Part shown: piece after piece, positions 60,524 to 64,000 of the stretch
How positions within the stretch are numbered: position 1 is the stretch's first letter
How the letters are laid out: every line of letters starts with the position of its first letter
Program-made: the position numbers and the translations under genes
Source: Deltaproteobacteria bacterium
GTDB taxonomy: Bacteria; Desulfobacterota; B13-G15; RBG-16-54-18
NCBI GenBank assembly: GCA_016927065.1
Contig: JAFGNJ010000028.1
Coordinates: 5,165 to 69,164 of the forward strand
DNA length: 64,000 nt
Reading direction: 5' to 3'
The notes under the pieces: generated by a model
Told to the model about the DNA's origin: nothing
Database searches by the model: none
The model's input: the letters and a program-made list of their open reading frames with translations, nothing else

Positions 60524-63169
60524 ATGAGAGCCATGCAGAGAACACCCCTGATTATTATAGCTGTCCTTTCACTCCTCGTTCCCGCCTTGTGTCCGGGCCA
60601 CGGTGTGGCAGGGGAAGTCGTAAGGGCAACGCTGGAGAACGGGATGCGAGTGGTTTTGTCGGAAGACCACTCCGCCCCGGTCACCGCCTTTCAGGTGTGG
60701 GTAGAGGTAGGAAGCGCCGATGAGCGCCCCGCCGAAGCGGGGATATCGCACCTCATCGAACACATGATCTTCAAGGGGACGAATGAGAGGAGGGCGGGGG
60801 AGATCGCAGGGAGCATTGAACGGTATGGAGGGCGTATCAATGCCTATACCAGCTATGACCACACCGTCTATCATGTGGTGATCGCCAGCCGCTACCAGCA
60901 CAAAGGGCTGGAGGTCTTGGCCGACGCCATCCAACACCCCTCATTTGACCCGCAAGAACTGGCGCGAGAGAAGGAGGTGGTGATTGAGGAAATCAACATG
61001 GGCGAGGATGATCCGGGACGCGCACTCCACAAGGCCCTCTTCAGAACAAGCTTTCAGCGCCACCCCTACGGGAGGCCCATCATAGGATACGCGGATCAGG
61101 TAAAAGGATTCAAGAGGGATGAAGTCTTTTCCTATTATAGTAAGTGGTATTGCCCCGAAAACATGGTCTTTGTAGGGGTGGGGGATTTCAGGGTGTCGGA
61201 GTTGTTATCCAGTCTCAAGGAACTTTTTACCGCGCCTTCCCGTTCCCTCCCCGTGCGGCGAAGACCCGAGGAGCCCCCCCAAGAGGCCTTCCGTCCCCTG
61301 GTAATGCAGCAGGAGATCAAGGAAAGATATTTTGCCCTGGGATTCCACATCCCCGGCATCACGGATGAGGACACCTACGCCCTCGATGTCTTGGCCGCCA
61401 TCCTCGGCCACGGGGCGTCATCGCGCCTTCAGCAGGAGTTACGGTTCAAGAGGGGGCTGGTCAGCTCCATCTATGCTTATGCCTACACCCCCAAGGATCC
61501 GGGGCTCTTCGTAATCGGGGGTACATTTCAACCTGGGGCAATTCCGGAAGGGATCAAAGGGATTATCACAGAGATCTCCCGGATACAGGATACAGGGGTC
61601 GATGAGGCAGAACTGCGAAAGGCCCGCACTATGGTGGAGACGGATTTTACCTATGATCGGGAGACAGTACAAGGTGAGGCGAGGACTCTCGGTTACTTTG
61701 AGACGGCCTGGGGGAATGCGACCAAGGGGGAGGCGTATCTGCAGGGGATCTTCCGAGTGGGGTCTCACGACGTCCAGGAGGTGGCGAGAAAATATTTTAA
61801 TCCTGAAAACCTCACCGCCTGCCTCCTGGTGCCTCAGGGAGAAGAGGAAGGTGTGGACCCTCGCGCCCTGGAGGGATTAGTGCAGGAGTGGAAAACGATT
61901 CCCCCCACACACGAGATGACGAGGGTGATGAAGCGGGTTGTACTGGAGAACGGAATTACCCTCCTTGTTAAAGAGGACCATGCAGTACCTGTAGTGGGGA
62001 TATATGGTGTATTTCTGGGGGGGGTGCGCTTTGAACAGGAGCAAAGGGCGGGCATCACTCATTTCGTCTCCGAGATGTTGAGCAGGGGGACTGAGTCGCA
62101 CACCGCCATCCAGTTGGCCCGGGAGGTGGATTCCCTCGGGGCAACCCTGGAGACCTTTTCGGGACGCAACAGCTTCGGGGTGCAGGCGAAGGGTCTCAGT
62201 AAAGACTTCCCACAGCTTTTGAAGCTGGTGTCCGAGGTTGTCGTTCAGCCGTCCTTTCCCACGGATGAAGTGAAGCGGGTGAAAAATGAGATCCTAGCTG
62301 CCCAGGCGAGAGAACGGGACAACATGGTTTCTTGGACCATGCGGCTTCTGAGGGAGGCCCTCTATGAACGGCATCCCTATCGCTTGAATATCCTGGGCAC
62401 AGAGGAAAGCATACAAGACATTGGACGAGGGGATCTCAAACGATACTATAAGAAATACGCCCTTCCCAACAACATGGTCGTGGCCATTACGGGTGATATC
62501 AGGTGGGAGGAGGCATCCGCTGCCGTACGAGAGGCCTTTGAAGGGATGCGAGTAGCGACCTTCTCCCCTCCTGTCGTCCCTCAAGAGTTCAAGCAAGAGG
62601 GTATTACAAAAAGGGAAGAGCTGGTGCGGGAGAAGGAACAGGCCCATATCGCCCTTGGCTTCCCCGGTACTACTTTGGACGACCAGGACCGCTTCCCCTT
62701 AGAGGTTTTGGAAGCCGCCCTTGCCGGGCAGGGGGGACGGTTCTTCACCCAATTGCGGGATAAAGAAGGGTTGGCCTATGTAACCGCCTTTTTTGTCCGA
62801 TCCGATCTCGATCCCGGCTATCTTGGGGTGTACCTAGCCACCAGCCCTCCCAAGGTGGAACAGGCGCTGAAGGGGATTGAGGGGATCCTGCGAGAGGTAT
62901 GGGATACAGGGATTAGTCAGGAAGAACTAGAACGGGCCAAGACCTATCTCATCGGGAATTATGATATCGATCTTCAAAGTCCTCTCGCCATGGCAGCTAC
63001 CATGGCCTTTGCTGAGCGGTATGGCCTCGGCGGTGATTTCTATTGCAGGTATTCACGTGAAATAGAGGGAGTGACGCTCGAGGACGTCCTACGGGTGGCT
63101 CGACAATATATCGACCTTGATTCCTATACCGTCGTTATTGTCCGCCCCGCTGTTTCCCCAGCCTCTTGA
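60524..63169 (+). CDS. Secreted zinc protease, M16 (pitrilysin/insulinase) family, tandem double M16 unit (881 aa)
   Basis: Signal peptide. Inverted zinc motif HLIEHMIFKGT (HxxEH) in the first unit. The second unit is homologous with a degenerate active site (HFVSEMLSRGT). Confidence 0.85.
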   Translation: MRAMQRTPLIIIAVLSLLVPALCPGHGVAGEVVRATLENGMRVVLSEDHSAPVTAFQVWVEVGSADERPAEAGISHLIEHMIFKGTNERRAGEIAGSIERYGGRINAYTSYDHTVYHVVIASRYQHKGLEVLADAIQHPSFDPQELAREKEVVIEEINMGEDDPGRALHKALFRTSFQRHPYGRPIIGYADQVKGFKRDEVFSYYSKWYCPENMVFVGVGDFRVSELLSSLKELFTAPSRSLPVRRRPEEPPQEAFRPLVMQQEIKERYFALGFHIPGITDEDTYALDVLAAILGHGASSRLQQELRFKRGLVSSIYAYAYTPKDPGLFVIGGTFQPGAIPEGIKGIITEISRIQDTGVDEAELRKARTMVETDFTYDRETVQGEARTLGYFETAWGNATKGEAYLQGIFRVGSHDVQEVARKYFNPENLTACLLVPQGEEEGVDPRALEGLVQEWKTIPPTHEMTRVMKRVVLENGITLLVKEDHAVPVVGIYGVFLGGVRFEQEQRAGITHFVSEMLSRGTESHTAIQLAREVDSLGATLETFSGRNSFGVQAKGLSKDFPQLLKLVSEVVVQPSFPTDEVKRVKNEILAAQARERDNMVSWTMRLLREALYERHPYRLNILGTEESIQDIGRGDLKRYYKKYALPNNMVVAITGDIRWEEASAAVREAFEGMRVATFSPPVVPQEFKQEGITKREELVREKEQAHIALGFPGTTLDDQDRFPLEVLEAALAGQGGRFFTQLRDKEGLAYVTAFFVRSDLDPGYLGVYLATSPPKVEQALKGIEGILREVWDTGISQEELERAKTYLIGNYDIDLQSPLAMAATMAFAERYGLGGDFYCRYSREIEGVTLEDVLRVARQYIDLDSYTVVIVRPAVSPAS

Positions 63170-63452
63170 AGACGGCGTTTTTCTTGCCAGCTATACTCAC
63201 TTTCTTATCCCGACGGTCGTCGATCCGGATGGTGGAGACTACCCGCTGAGCTCCTTTCTGAAACGGTATGCGATGCATCTCTCCGGCCAATCTCAGCAGC
63301 TCCTCCAATTCACCTTCTACCTCTGTCCCCATGGAGGTGATTTCGTATTGCAGCCCTTGCCGATCTAATACCTTTACGCACTCTGCGACAAACGAACTCA
63401 CGCTGGGGTTCTGAGTGCCTATCGGTATGACGCTGATTTCCATGATGGCCAT
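63135..63452 (-). CDS. MTH1187/YkoF-family (DUF77) small thiamine-binding-like protein
   Basis: Start ATG 63452 (MAIMEISVIPIGTQNPSVSSFVAECVKVL...), characteristic of the YkoF/MTH1187 family. About 105 aa. Confidence 0.65.
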   Translation of the reverse strand: MAIMEISVIPIGTQNPSVSSFVAECVKVLDRQGLQYEITSMGTEVEGELEELLRLAGEMHRIPFQKGAQRVVSTIRIDDRRDKKVSIAGKKNAVFKRLGKQRGGQ

Positions 63453-63471
63453 GTAAAGGGATCCTTTTCGA

Positions 63472-64000
63472 TTACTGATGGATGCTTTCGAAGATGAACC
63501 CTCCAATAAGGCCGAAGAAGACGTTGGGGGCCCAGGCGGCGATGAAAGGAGGGAGAGTACCCGCGTGTCCCATGGCCACGGAGATGGCAAAGGCCATCCA
63601 GTAGACAAAGCCGATTACTATACTGAGCCCTACCCCCTGCGCGATCCCACCTCCACGCCCCTGGCTCGTCGCCAGTGCCAGAGGGCTTCCGATCAAGACC
63701 ATGATCAAGGTCAAAAAGGGGAAGGCCACCTTTGTGTGAAGGTCAACGACATAGCGGGTTGGATCGTATCCATCGCTCTTGAGCTTCTCCACATATTCCT
63801 TGAGTTCCCGGTAGGTCATCTCTTTTGGGTCCTGCATCCCTTTTTTGAAATCCTCCGGTTTCTCAGGTATGGGAATATCCTTCTCGTCGTAGGTTTCCCT
63901 CACCACCTCCGCCTCGGGAAGGAAGTTCCTTATATTTACCTCATAGAAGGTCCACCCGTTCCCGTTCCAGCGGGCCTCACGAGCGTCTACACGCTGGCGC
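63472..64000 (-). CDS. LptF/LptG-family LPS export permease, C-terminal part (gene continues beyond window end)
   Basis: C-terminal TM helices and the conserved YjgP/YjgQ-family tail (...GIAQGVGLSIVIGFVYWMAF...PPFIAAWAPNVFFGLIG). The reading frame stays open to nt 64000. Confidence 0.65.
   Translation of the reverse strand, partial: RQRVDAREARWNGNGWTFYEVNIRNFLPEAEVVRETYDEKDIPIPEKPEDFKKGMQDPKEMTYRELKEYVEKLKSDGYDPTRYVVDLHTKVAFPFLTLIMVLIGSPLALATSQGRGGGIAQGVGLSIVIGFVYWMAFAISVAMGHAGTLPPFIAAWAPNVFFGLIGGFIFESIHQ

Overview
This 64-kb window is chromosomal DNA from a Gram-negative bacterium. The LPS-transport genes and a sigma-54/PTS-Ntr cluster with hprK suggest a delta-proteobacterial, Desulfobacterota or Nitrospirota-like lineage, but that cannot be verified from sequence alone. 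GC is about 55% overall, with several strongly AT-rich patches.

Conserved housekeeping blocks:
- 1-12.2 kb (plus strand): kdsD-kdsC-lptC-lptA-lptB-rpoN-hpf-ptsN-hprK-rapZ-EIIA(Man)-ptsH-ptsI, then metK and ahcY ending in a clean intrinsic terminator.
- 26.5-31.7 kb (minus strand): ABC-class ATPase, larA homologue and purC translationally coupled, then radA.
- 41.5-49.2 kb: ileS-lspA-lgt-def-fmt-htpX-rsmB.
- 49.3-64 kb: pdg-tspO, NUDIX hydrolase, relA/spoT, rpmB, C-N hydrolase, argS-SPOR-lepA-lepB, pyrB, an M16 peptidase, a YkoF-like protein and a partial lptF/G.

Accessory regions:
- 12.2-26.5 kb is a compositional mosaic. It begins with a very AT-rich two-gene islet (small 2-TM protein plus an AbiV-like HEPN protein). 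It continues with a YiiX-like lipoprotein, two unknown proteins, a beta-lactamase-family hydrolase, an O-methyltransferase, a nucleotidyltransferase with an atypical SDLNL motif, a TPM-domain protein, an MFS transporter and a class II DAHP synthase. It ends with an RRM protein lacking a canonical start codon, a lone B12-binding radical SAM enzyme in AT-rich DNA, and a DUF1846/UPF0371-like gene flanked by a degenerate relic of the purC 3' end.
- 32.6-41.4 kb is a second accessory/metabolic block. It holds a possible PD-(D/E)xK-fold small protein, an ApgM-like mutase and an AANH-like protein. Next come a second paralogous MFS transporter linked to a three-gene corrinoid-dependent methyltransferase operon, a PNPOx-like protein and a secreted thermonuclease with a lamin-tail domain.

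I found no rRNA, tRNA, CRISPR array, transposase or integrase.
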